64,000 nt of DNA from Candidatus Poribacteria bacterium. Its GTDB lineage: Bacteria > Poribacteria > WGA-4E > WGA-3G. Below the pieces are notes generated by a model, which was not told the DNA's origin, made no database searches, and was given only the letters and a program-made list of their open reading frames with translations. A program made the translations under genes and the position numbers. The stretch lies in NCBI GenBank assembly GCA_964291315.2, contig OZ219750.1, positions 1 through 64,000 of the forward strand, in the 5' to 3' direction. Shown piece by piece: positions 19,857 to 29,529 of this stretch (within the stretch, counting starts at the first letter, position 1; the number at the start of each line of letters is the position of its first letter).

Positions 19857-21758
19857 ATGAAAATGTGTAAAAAGAGGCTCTATCTCATATTCGGTTGTCT
19901 TCTGATAGCTTATATTTTGTTAGCGGTTGTCCCTGTGTTTGCCCAAGACGCAACCGAGGCAGAATATCGTCCTTTCCCGAAGATTGGCAGCCGAAATGCA
20001 GCATGGATCGCCGCACAGCTCCACCTCTTATTCGGTTCCTTTATTCTCGGGGTACCGATGTTCGCCGTTATCATTGAATTTGTCGGTTGGAAAACAAAGG
20101 ACATGCGATATGACCGGATGGCACAGGAGTTTATTAAACTCTGTATGGGGGCGTTTTCAACCACAGCCTTACTTGGCGGTGTTCTGGTTTTCATCCTCAT
20201 CTGGTGTTATCCGAAAGTGATGTCGAAGCTCAGTGGAATATTCGGACCGACGATGATTTTCTACGTTTTTTTGTTCTTCGGTGAAACTTTTACGCTTTAC
20301 CTCTATTCCTACGGATGGGATAAAATGCAGGGACGCCATAAAGGGTGGCATCTCTTCCTCGGCGTGCTTCTGAATGTCTTTGGCACTGCGATCATGTTCG
20401 TCTCCAATGCATGGGTGAGTTACCAAACGAGTCCGGCAACGCAGTACGGGATTTTATCTGAAGGTAGGCGGAAATCTTGGATAGAAGAGAAGCTGGCTGC
20501 GGACCCATCGTTAACACCGGAAAGTGCTATTGAGGGAGTTACAAGCCATACAATGGTGCCCCTCCATAATGAAACAACAGGCGAGTTCATGGGAACTGTT
20601 TGGGATGCTGTCAACAACTTTACATGGATGCCTATTAACATCCACCGTCTCGTTGGGAACATCGCCTTCGGAGGTTCGATTGTAGCAGCTTATGCCGCGT
20701 TCCGCTTCCTTGTCGCGAAGACTAAAGAGGACAAAGCACATTACGATTGGATGGGATATACGGGCAACTTCATAGCGCTCTGCGGACTTATACCGCTGCC
20801 TTTCCTCGGCTATTGGCTGGGTAGAGAAATCTACATGTTCAATAACACGATGGGCATTAATATGATGGGGAGTCTATTTTCTTGGCTATTTATCATTCAG
20901 GCAGTGATGATTGGGGTGCTCTTCATAGGCGCGAACTACTACCTCTGGTCAGGCATGGGACGAATTGCCGGTGCAGAGGTCTATGCCCGTTATCGTCCGT
21001 ACATGGTTACCGTTATTGTGATCTGTGTCGCGATCTGGATGACACCACGCTCTCTCTCTAAAATCTCAAGTGCAAGTGAACTAAGTGCAATGGGTGGGGC
21101 AAACCACCCACACCTTGGATTGTTTGGCCTGATGACTGCCAAAAATACGGCTGTTAATATCATTATTCTCACCACTTTCTTGAGTTTCCTATTTTATCGG
21201 CGTTCGGGCAAAACCCCGACGGCAAGTTGGCGGAAGGTGGGTAACATCACAATCTCTTCGATCATCTTTTTCGCGGTCGTTTCAATCGTTGTCATCGGTA
21301 TCGTCGGATTTACGGTGCCAACGGACTTGCGGGTTAATGTTTTAACGCCTTACCAGGTTTTAGTTTGTCTTGTGGTCATGCTAATTGTCACCCTCGTAGA
21401 CATCTTTATGTATCGCAAAGCGACAACATCTGACACAATTAAATGGGGGCAAATGACCGATCGGTCTCAATACGTTTTAATACTCATAGCGATTACGTTT
21501 ACGTCTATGATGGGATTGATGGGATATGCGCGCTCGGGGCTCAGAGAGCAGTGGCATATTTTCGGGGTCATGCAAGATACATCGGTTGATGCTTTTACGC
21601 CGTTGCTCAGCGAAGCGGTGAACATGGTAGCGATTATCATGGTAGCCTTTTTCGCGCTCGTTGGATTTATCTTCTGGCTCGGCTTGTGGGGCGAAAAGAA
21701 GAAACAAGCGTCGGCAGCTCCTATCGAAGCAGCTATTGCTGCGGAGGGTGATGATTAG
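19857..21758 (+). CDS. Cytochrome bd subunit I-like (bd-like / OR-N type) membrane oxidoreductase
   Basis: AQLHLLFGSFILGVP (CydA His19 region), GETFTLYLY, NIHRLVGN (His186 region), MGYARSGLREQWHIFG in place of GWxxxEmGRQPW; many TM helices. Confidence 0.85.
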   Translation: MKMCKKRLYLIFGCLLIAYILLAVVPVFAQDATEAEYRPFPKIGSRNAAWIAAQLHLLFGSFILGVPMFAVIIEFVGWKTKDMRYDRMAQEFIKLCMGAFSTTALLGGVLVFILIWCYPKVMSKLSGIFGPTMIFYVFLFFGETFTLYLYSYGWDKMQGRHKGWHLFLGVLLNVFGTAIMFVSNAWVSYQTSPATQYGILSEGRRKSWIEEKLAADPSLTPESAIEGVTSHTMVPLHNETTGEFMGTVWDAVNNFTWMPINIHRLVGNIAFGGSIVAAYAAFRFLVAKTKEDKAHYDWMGYTGNFIALCGLIPLPFLGYWLGREIYMFNNTMGINMMGSLFSWLFIIQAVMIGVLFIGANYYLWSGMGRIAGAEVYARYRPYMVTVIVICVAIWMTPRSLSKISSASELSAMGGANHPHLGLFGLMTAKNTAVNIIILTTFLSFLFYRRSGKTPTASWRKVGNITISSIIFFAVVSIVVIGIVGFTVPTDLRVNVLTPYQVLVCLVVMLIVTLVDIFMYRKATTSDTIKWGQMTDRSQYVLILIAITFTSMMGLMGYARSGLREQWHIFGVMQDTSVDAFTPLLSEAVNMVAIIMVAFFALVGFIFWLGLWGEKKKQASAAPIEAAIAAEGDD

Positions 21759-21847
21759 TAGGGAAAAATACCCTCGATGTCTATGTGCGTGACACAAATT
21801 TTGCCGCTAATCAACTGGGAGAAATACAATTTTTGAAAGAGGCGAAG

Positions 21848-23356
21848 ATGTCAAGAAATACGCTTGTAAAAATTGCGAGTCTAATTTTAATGGTGGTGAG
21901 TTTTATCGCCTACATTGCTGGTGCGCCTGCATTTCCGATTGCCTCGGAGAGCTTACTACCCTGGTCAGTCTGGTTTGTAATATCGGTCATCATAAACATT
22001 ATTTTCTGGTCCAACGTTGTTAAATTGTTGACATTCTCGCTTGCCGTGATATGGTTTTACGCTTTTGTCGCAGGTCTGGTTCCAGAAAGTTCCACAGCGG
22101 TCAGCCTGACTTCATTGGATTGGAGTGACCCGGAGGCAGTCGCTGAGCAGGGAGCCTTGGTGTTTAATGGCAAAGGGCAGTGTAGTGCATGCCACACTGT
22201 AGATCCCTCTGCCCCAAAAGGGAGGTGCCCGGACCTGACAGATATTGGGATTAACGCTGCGAGTCGCGTTCCAGGTACAGATGCCAAAACCTATCTCATA
22301 GAATCGCTTTACGACCCGGCGAAATATCTTGTTCCCGGATATGGCAAGATTATGCCAGAGGTTTGGAAAGCGCCGATTGCACTCTCTAAATTAGAGATTG
22401 AAGCGGTGATTGCTTACCTCGAGAGCCAAGGTGGGGAGATTGACCCGACTCCCTTTGACGAACCGATAGATAGGGCGGACACTGCAGTGGCCGCTGCCGC
22501 CCTGCCTCCGTTGCTCACTGGAGACCCCGCCCTGGGCAAAAAGGTTTTTGTGAGTGCGGCGTGTATCTCGTGTCATGCTGTTCAAGGTATAGAGAGTCCT
22601 GCAGCAGGTGGAACGATCGAAGATTTCGAAGTCGTCACTGCTCCAGACCTCTCCGAAATCGCTGCCTTTAACGACATGCGCTATCTTGAGGAGTCGATTC
22701 TAATCCCGAATGCGCAAATTGTGAGCGGCTACGGGGCGGTCACTGTTCGCGCTAATAGAACAACCTATCAAGGAACACTAGTCTCCCAAGATACGGAAAA
22801 AATCGTCGTCCGAACTAAAACCGCAGATGGTGTAGAAGAAGAACACACAATCTTGTTGAACGAAATTGATGAGGAACCGATTGAAGAACTCTTAAATCTG
22901 CAAGCAAACGGATACTTTACGTTAACGCTAACTCCTACAGATGCGGATGCCCCGGTAACTGGGGAAGTCGTTTCTGAAACAGACGAGACTGTGACACTTA
23001 AAATTAGCGGGGAAGATAAGACTTTCTCTAAGACAGATGTCAAAAGTCAGTTGACTCTTCTTACTTATGATGGCGAAGAAATTGTAGGGGCAGTTGTTTC
23101 TGGGACGCTTGATGATGATGAGCTCGTTTTAGACGTTGGCGGGAGTGAAGTGGTAATAGATCCTTTTGATGTTGAAGAATCAACCTTCACCCGTGCCTTT
23201 GGCAAAAAATTGCTTGTTACTTCGCCGATGCCCGAAAACTTTCCGCTGCTTCTATCCGTATCAGATATGACTAATTTGCTCTCTTTCTTAAGCACGCTCA
23301 CTGGTGAAACGGCGGAAGCAGCACTAGCAGAGACCGATGACGCTTCCGCGGAATAA
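21848..23356 (+). CDS. Membrane dihaem cytochrome c with acidic beta-rich repeats
   Basis: Three N-terminal TM helices; CSACH and CISCH; start moved to ATG 21848. Confidence 0.85.
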   Translation: MSRNTLVKIASLILMVVSFIAYIAGAPAFPIASESLLPWSVWFVISVIINIIFWSNVVKLLTFSLAVIWFYAFVAGLVPESSTAVSLTSLDWSDPEAVAEQGALVFNGKGQCSACHTVDPSAPKGRCPDLTDIGINAASRVPGTDAKTYLIESLYDPAKYLVPGYGKIMPEVWKAPIALSKLEIEAVIAYLESQGGEIDPTPFDEPIDRADTAVAAAALPPLLTGDPALGKKVFVSAACISCHAVQGIESPAAGGTIEDFEVVTAPDLSEIAAFNDMRYLEESILIPNAQIVSGYGAVTVRANRTTYQGTLVSQDTEKIVVRTKTADGVEEEHTILLNEIDEEPIEELLNLQANGYFTLTLTPTDADAPVTGEVVSETDETVTLKISGEDKTFSKTDVKSQLTLLTYDGEEIVGAVVSGTLDDDELVLDVGGSEVVIDPFDVEESTFTRAFGKKLLVTSPMPENFPLLLSVSDMTNLLSFLSTLTGETAEAALAETDDASAE

Positions 23357-23499
23357 TAAACAACCAATCAATTGCTCTGGAATGATGTTGAGTGTAAAGA
23401 AAATAATCGATGGACCCCCAAACAGATCGCATCATTCGTTTAAAGCCCTCTGTTAAATAAACGATTGAGGGCAGAAAGACAAATGGAGGAAAAAACGCA

Positions 23500-24276
23500 A
23501 TGAGAAGGCTGTCACTTTTCACAACCTGCCTCATAATTTTGGTCGGTTCTTGGCTCGTACTACGTTTCGTTATTGGGGGCGTTGTCTCGGTACCGATACC
23601 TGGTAGTGTGATTGCGATGTATATGGGGTTGGTTATAATCGCTATCTTGGTGCATATATCGGTTGAAGATTCGCGTTTTCAGGAGTTTCTACGACCGATC
23701 CATGAAACTCTTTTAGATGACAGGAGGCGTGTTCGTCGTCGCGTTATTGTGGTATTAATCCCGTTGCTCCTGCTCGGTTATACCTACTCGATTATCGCTC
23801 AACGCGCGAGTCCGCCTGGAAGCCCGCGGGACGCGCACCCATCGCCGCCGCTTGAATTGATGTACAAAGATGAGGTTATCGGCACAATGCAAGATGTCGT
23901 GAATCCTTTCCGTCACTATGAAAAAGACGATCCAGAGGCGTTCAAGGCACATGTAGAGAGCGGAAGACGGGTCTATTATGATAATTGCTTTTACTGTCAC
24001 GGAGATCATCTTGATGGGCAAGGGCATTTTGCGCCCTATCTCCAACCGCTTCCTGCTAATTTCCAAGACCCAGGTATTATTCCTAACTTCCAGGAATCTT
24101 TTTTCTTTTGGCGAATTAGCAAAGGCGGCCCGGGGTTACCTGCAGCTGGCACCCCTTGGGATTCAGCGATGCCTATTTGGGAAGACTATTTGACAAAAGA
24201 TGAAATTTGGGATGTGATTCTCTTTTTATCTGATTATACAGGCTATCAGCCACGAACCTTTGGAGAGGCACATTAA
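23500..24276 (+). CDS. Membrane monohaem cytochrome c
   Basis: Three TM helices, CFYCHGDHLDG, WDSAMP. Confidence 0.88.
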   Translation: MRRLSLFTTCLIILVGSWLVLRFVIGGVVSVPIPGSVIAMYMGLVIIAILVHISVEDSRFQEFLRPIHETLLDDRRRVRRRVIVVLIPLLLLGYTYSIIAQRASPPGSPRDAHPSPPLELMYKDEVIGTMQDVVNPFRHYEKDDPEAFKAHVESGRRVYYDNCFYCHGDHLDGQGHFAPYLQPLPANFQDPGIIPNFQESFFFWRISKGGPGLPAAGTPWDSAMPIWEDYLTKDEIWDVILFLSDYTGYQPRTFGEAH

Positions 24277-24278
24277 AA

Positions 24279-25991
24279 ATGGGAAACAGACATGTTGTCC
24301 TCTTAATGCTAATTCTCGGAGTAGTGTTCTCTTTGCCGTTATCTGCGTCCGCGCAGAACGTGCTGCAAGCTTCCGAGAAAGGAAAAGAAGTTTATGATCA
24401 GAGCTGCGCCCACTGTCATGGGACAGAAGGCAGAGGCGACGGTTCTGCTGCTGAAAATTTACTTCCTAAACCCAGGGATTTCACGCGCGGTTTGTATAAG
24501 ATCCGTTCTACTGAAACTAGAGAACTTCCAACGGATCATGACCTCTTCGACATTATTACCGTAGGGATGCCAGGATCATCAATGCCGGGATGGGAGACTT
24601 CTCTAACGACCGACGAACGCTGGGAAGTTGTGGCTTATATTAAAACCTTCTATGACGGTTTTAAAGAGCTTCCGGCACAGCCGAAACAAATTAGTTTAGT
24701 GGGGAGAATCCCGTATTCCGAGGAAAGTGTTGAGATTGGAAAAGGACTTTATACGGAACTCGGTTGTGTAGAATGCCACGGTAACGTCGGGCGTGGCGAT
24801 GGTAGCTCTGCACCTACGCTTACAGATGAGTGGGGTTTCCAGTCATGGCCCGCAAATCTGACACAAGGCTGGAATTACCGCGGTGGTTCCGATACTGAAG
24901 ACATTTTCAAGCGGTTCATCGGCGGGATCGCGGGGTCACCGATGCCTGCCTTTGAGGGGGATAGTTTCCTCCATTTCGGATTGACCTCCGAAGAATCTAA
25001 ACGCCTCACTGAGTTAGAAAATAAAGATGAAATGACAGAGGGAGAGGAAGAAGAATCCGGCCGGTTTTATGAAAAAATGGATGAGGCTGTTGATGCCGCC
25101 CTCAGTCGAGCCGAAGGCACTGAGCTGACTGAAGCAGAGCAGCAAATTTATGACAATGCGATGAAGGTCGTCTATGAAAAGAGCTGGCATCTCGCGAATT
25201 ATGTGAAGTCGCTTATGCCTCAAGAACGTCCTGCGCCAGCTATTGGAAATGACTCGCTTCGTTCACAATATGTTCAAGGCACATTACCTACCATAGATGA
25301 TGCCGCCTGGGAAACGTTTGAAGCCAGATATTTTCCGCTTGTTGGGCAGGTCATCATTGAACCTCGGCAGTTTAACCCAACACTTGACGGGGTACACGTC
25401 AAATCGTTTTACAACGATACAGAGGTCGCTTTCCTCTTCATCTGGGATGACCGAACATATACGACTGGCGACGAAACGGATGAGACAACAGGCAGCCCTC
25501 TTGAGGATGCATTGGCAGTCCAATTTCCTGTGAAGGTGCCGCAAGGGCCCACTGCACCGAAGCCATATTTCTTATCGGGGGGTAGACTACCGGTCTATCT
25601 GTGGCATTGGAAAGCCTCCGCCCCTGAGCATGTAACGGAACTAACTGCTAAGGGGGTTAGCAATATCCAAGTCCAAGAGGTCCAAGGCGATCTACAAGCA
25701 AAAGCAACTTACACAAATGGACAATATAAATTGTGGGTGAAACGTGCCTTGAAGACCGATGACAAGAAGGACTTGCAACTTGAACCGGGGGTTTTCGTGC
25801 CTATCGCTTTTTCGGCATGGGATGGTTCAAACGGTGATGTTGGTACAAAACGTGTCATAACGAGCTGGTATACTTTCGTCCTTGAACCCATGCCGTCTTC
25901 TAGGCGGTTCATTTATCCGCCTTTGGTCGCGCTTCTCTCCCTCGGCTTGCTCGTCGGTTTGCGGGCAGCTGTGCAGCGGAGAAATTCCTAA
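24279..25991 (+). CDS. Dihaem cytochrome c fused to an ethylbenzene-dehydrogenase gamma-like (EB_dh, NxrC-like) haem b domain
   Basis: CAHCH, CVECH, PRDFTRGLYKIRST; C-terminal FIWDD...DALAVQFP...WHWKA...VPIAFSAWDGSNGDVGTKR and a terminal TM helix. Confidence 0.85.
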   Translation: MGNRHVVLLMLILGVVFSLPLSASAQNVLQASEKGKEVYDQSCAHCHGTEGRGDGSAAENLLPKPRDFTRGLYKIRSTETRELPTDHDLFDIITVGMPGSSMPGWETSLTTDERWEVVAYIKTFYDGFKELPAQPKQISLVGRIPYSEESVEIGKGLYTELGCVECHGNVGRGDGSSAPTLTDEWGFQSWPANLTQGWNYRGGSDTEDIFKRFIGGIAGSPMPAFEGDSFLHFGLTSEESKRLTELENKDEMTEGEEEESGRFYEKMDEAVDAALSRAEGTELTEAEQQIYDNAMKVVYEKSWHLANYVKSLMPQERPAPAIGNDSLRSQYVQGTLPTIDDAAWETFEARYFPLVGQVIIEPRQFNPTLDGVHVKSFYNDTEVAFLFIWDDRTYTTGDETDETTGSPLEDALAVQFPVKVPQGPTAPKPYFLSGGRLPVYLWHWKASAPEHVTELTAKGVSNIQVQEVQGDLQAKATYTNGQYKLWVKRALKTDDKKDLQLEPGVFVPIAFSAWDGSNGDVGTKRVITSWYTFVLEPMPSSRRFIYPPLVALLSLGLLVGLRAAVQRRNS

Positions 25992-26112
25992 GAATAGCTA
26001 TCAGTTTTCAACGGTTCGGTGTACGCCAGCTGCCTAAATCGCAGATGGACAAACGAAACTCATTAGAAAGCTGGTAACTTACAATCTATAATCATAAATA
26101 AAGGAGAAAAAA

Positions 26113-26898
26113 ATGAAAACCTATCTGTTAGCAAGTCTCACGATACTTCTCGCCTCCTGTTCTGCTAGTACCATTTTTGCGGCGGACAGCGGGGCAAAAG
26201 TGGAATCATTAGTATTTCCGGATTCCTATACACCTAGTAGCGTCAGAAATGGCGGAACGATTAACGGTGTTGTGAAGTTTGAAGGGGACGTGCCTGAAAT
26301 GAAAGTCCTTGAAATCACTAAAGACCAGGCGGTTTGTGGGGCAACCGATAAATACGATGAAATGCTTGTCGTGGGTGAAGACAAGGCTCTAAAAAATGCA
26401 ATCGTTTACTTAATTGATATTTCCCAAGGCAAAGATTTTGACAAAACTGTCAAACCGGAGATCGACCAAAAGGATTGTAAATTCAGTCCGCATGTCCAAA
26501 TTGTTCCAGTCGGTGTCCGGCTAACGATGCTCAATAACGATAAAGTGAATCACAACGTCCATATCTTTAGTAGCATCAATAAGCCGGTTAATAAACAGCA
26601 GACAAAGAATCGAAAAAAATTGCGAATCGCCTCAGTAAAAAAACCGGAAGGTCCTGTTGCCGTGAAATGCGACATTCACGGGTGGATGTCAGCTTGGATT
26701 GCCTACGTACCGCATCCGTATTTCGCTGTAACCAATGAAAAGGGTGAATTCACGCTTGAAGACGTTCCCGCGGGGACCTATAAACTCGGTTATTGGCATG
26801 AAGCTTGTGGCACCAATAATGCGTCACCTGTTTCTGTTAGTGTAGAGGCGGGTGGTTCCGTCACGCAAGATTTCACGCTGAAACTTAAAGTTAAGTAG
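26113..26898 (+). CDS. Second cupredoxin-motif / carboxypeptidase-regulatory-like protein (possible lipoprotein)
   Basis: LASC lipobox candidate; CKFSPHV, HNVH, CDIHGWM; paralogue of 18957..19706. Confidence 0.75.
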   Translation: MKTYLLASLTILLASCSASTIFAADSGAKVESLVFPDSYTPSSVRNGGTINGVVKFEGDVPEMKVLEITKDQAVCGATDKYDEMLVVGEDKALKNAIVYLIDISQGKDFDKTVKPEIDQKDCKFSPHVQIVPVGVRLTMLNNDKVNHNVHIFSSINKPVNKQQTKNRKKLRIASVKKPEGPVAVKCDIHGWMSAWIAYVPHPYFAVTNEKGEFTLEDVPAGTYKLGYWHEACGTNNASPVSVSVEAGGSVTQDFTLKLKVK

Positions 26899-26934
26899 CG
26901 ATCAGCGGTCAGCAGTCAGTAAGAGGGTTTCCTT

Positions 26935-27909
26935 GTGGCAAGCGCAGAGGTTTTGTACTCCATAACTACTGACAGCCGACAACTAGCGGCTGACGGTCAA
27001 ATTGAGGTTGAAAATCTCTCGCATACTTATCAGACACGGACTGCCCTTAATAATGTGAGTTTTAATGTGTCTTGCGGCGAAATTTTTGGACTCCTTGGGC
27101 CGAACGGGAGTGGAAAAACAACCCTTTTTAGAATTCTTTCCACTCTAATACCGGTAATGTCCGGTACGGTTCGGATCTTCGGATATGACCTAACTGCTGC
27201 AGTGACGGAGGTTCGACATCTCTTAGGCGTTGTTTTTCAGCACCCGGGTTTGGATGTTAAGCTGACCGTCACTGAGAATTTGCGCCATCATGGACATCTC
27301 TATGGGTTGTCCGGTAAAAGCCTACACCACCGGATTGCCCAAGTCCTCGAACATGTTGGTATCTCTGATAGATCGACTGACCGGGTCGAGGTGCTATCGG
27401 GCGGTTTGCAAAGGCGAGTTGAAATTGCCAAATCTCTTCTTCATTCGCCGCGTATTCTGTTCCTCGATGAGCCAACCAGTGGATTGGATGTAACCACTCG
27501 CAGACAACTGAATGAGTATCTCGGTGTGCTCGCCGGCACAGAAAACATCCTTGTCGTGCTCACAACGCACCTCTTAGATGATGCTGAGGCTTGCAGCCGA
27601 GTTGGCATCTTGGATAACGGCAGTTTAGTTGCATTGGGAACCCCTGATGAGCTCAAGGCACAAGTCGGCGGTGACGTTGTTCTCATAAAAGGTAAATCTA
27701 ACGAAACACTCGCCGCCGCGATTGCCGAGAAGTTTGGGATTCTACCGGTGCTAACTGATGATCATCTCCGTACTGAATGCCAACGAGGACATGAATTCGT
27801 TCGAGATGTTGTTGCTGCATTTCGAGATGAGATTCTGACGGTACGATTTGGAAAACCGACACTGGAGGATGTGTTTGTAAAATTAACAGGAAATGCATTC
27901 GTCGAATGA
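26935..27909 (+). CDS. ABC-2 type transporter ATP-binding protein
   Basis: GPNGSGKTT, LSGG, LFLDEPTSGLD, TTH. Confidence 0.93.
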   Translation: MASAEVLYSITTDSRQLAADGQIEVENLSHTYQTRTALNNVSFNVSCGEIFGLLGPNGSGKTTLFRILSTLIPVMSGTVRIFGYDLTAAVTEVRHLLGVVFQHPGLDVKLTVTENLRHHGHLYGLSGKSLHHRIAQVLEHVGISDRSTDRVEVLSGGLQRRVEIAKSLLHSPRILFLDEPTSGLDVTTRRQLNEYLGVLAGTENILVVLTTHLLDDAEACSRVGILDNGSLVALGTPDELKAQVGGDVVLIKGKSNETLAAAIAEKFGILPVLTDDHLRTECQRGHEFVRDVVAAFRDEILTVRFGKPTLEDVFVKLTGNAFVE

Positions 27910-27940
27910 CTGATGTTTGCCAACCGATGGCCTGTAAAAG

Positions 27941-28735
27941 GTGAATTTTGTGAAGAAAATTCTGCTTCGGATTACAACAATATGGGGGCGTGAGATCATC
28001 AGATTTTATCGGCAACGGAGTCGGCTTTTCAGTGCTATCGCGCAGCCTTTGGTTTTTTGGATCCTGATTGGCAGCGGTTTGAGTGCCTCTTTCCAGCCTT
28101 CTGGATCGGTAAATGGAACTGACTATATTGAATACTTTTATCCTGGTGTCGTTGTTTTAGTCTTGCTTTTTACGTCCATTTTCGCTACAATTACTGTCGT
28201 TAATGATCGGCGCGAAGGCTTCTTGCAAGGGGTACTCGTGTCGCCCGTACCAAGATGGCAGATTGTACTCGCGCAAGCGTTAGGTGGAACGACGTTAGCT
28301 CTTTTACAAGGAATGCTGCTTCTCATACTCGCTCCGTTGATTGATATCCAATTTCGCCCGGTATCTTTCTTCGCAACGCTCGGTGTGATGGCTCTTTTGG
28401 CGTTTGGTTTGACTAACTTAGGTTTGCTTATCGCATGGCGAATGGATTCAACGCAGGGGTTTCATGCGATTATGAATGTGCTGCTAATTCCGATTTGGCT
28501 CCTTTCTGGCGCGTTTTTCCCCAGCACAGGTGCTCCTAGTTGGTTAGCATCGATAATGAAATTCAATCCATTAACGTATGGGCTTGCAGCTTTTCGGCAT
28601 AGTCTCTATCTTGACACCACCGCGAATTTTTTTGCGGCAGGAGCACCCTGGACGCTGTCCATGCTCATTACAGGACTGTTTTGTGTTTTGACGTACGTGG
28701 GGGCAACACTCACTGCATCTGTACAAACGAATTAA
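27941..28735 (+). CDS. ABC-2 type transporter permease
   Basis: DRREGFLQGVLVSP, LSGAFFP, NPLTY; six TM helices. Confidence 0.9.
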   Translation: MNFVKKILLRITTIWGREIIRFYRQRSRLFSAIAQPLVFWILIGSGLSASFQPSGSVNGTDYIEYFYPGVVVLVLLFTSIFATITVVNDRREGFLQGVLVSPVPRWQIVLAQALGGTTLALLQGMLLLILAPLIDIQFRPVSFFATLGVMALLAFGLTNLGLLIAWRMDSTQGFHAIMNVLLIPIWLLSGAFFPSTGAPSWLASIMKFNPLTYGLAAFRHSLYLDTTANFFAAGAPWTLSMLITGLFCVLTYVGATLTASVQTN

Positions 28736-28813
28736 AATTATATTATTAATAACAAACATTTTATGCGTGCTTCCACTCTTCAATAAGTGAAACGCGCTCC
28801 TAAGGAGGACCGA

Positions 28814-29509
28814 ATGCTTGAATGGATCTCTGAGTACTTATCAATGCTTCGATGGCTCCCTGATAACGCATCGACGTTCGGTCAAGGCGTTGATAACCTC
28901 TTTCATGCAATTTATTGGCTAACGTTCGTTGTGTTTGTCCTCGTGATGGGCACGCTTACTGTTTTTCTCATTAAGTATCGACAGCAGGAAGGCAAAAGAG
29001 CGGACTACATTGAGGGAAGCACAACCCTAGAAATTGTCTGGACAACTGTTACAACAGTGATCGTTTTTGTACTCGCCATGTTCAGTTACCCACAATGGAA
29101 TAAAATTAAATCGCCTACAGCGTTCCCTGAGAATCCAGATGTGGTTGTCCAAGTCAGCGGAAAACAGTTTAACTGGGATATGACATATCCCGGGCCCGAT
29201 AACGAATTCGGGACAGATGACGATCTGAAATTGGAAAACGAGCTGCATGTGCCGGTTAATGCCGTTGTGCATATACGGTTAACTGCCGAGGATGTCATTC
29301 ACAGCTTTTTTGTGCCGGAATTAAGGCTCAAACAAGACGCACTACCGAACAGGTTCATCGATGTCTGGTTTGAAGCGACAAAAGCGGGACGGTATGAGAT
29401 TCCGTGTGCTGAGCTCTGTGGATTCGGACACTCTGGGATGATCGGTTACCTTAACGTACACACACAAACAGACTACGACGCTTGGGTACAAGAAAGATGG
29501 GCTCGATAG
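28814..29509 (+). CDS. coxB: Cytochrome c oxidase subunit II
   Basis: SD AAGGAGG before ATG 28814; DVIHSF and CuA motif CAELCGFGHSGM. Confidence 0.96.
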   Translation: MLEWISEYLSMLRWLPDNASTFGQGVDNLFHAIYWLTFVVFVLVMGTLTVFLIKYRQQEGKRADYIEGSTTLEIVWTTVTTVIVFVLAMFSYPQWNKIKSPTAFPENPDVVVQVSGKQFNWDMTYPGPDNEFGTDDDLKLENELHVPVNAVVHIRLTAEDVIHSFFVPELRLKQDALPNRFIDVWFEATKAGRYEIPCAELCGFGHSGMIGYLNVHTQTDYDAWVQERWAR

Positions 29510-29529
29510 GTTCAAGGAGAACAATACAT

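Noticed and set aside
24279-25991. Nitrite oxidation inferred from the NxrC-like domain
   Set aside because: No NxrA/NxrB in the window; the domain alone does not define a substrate
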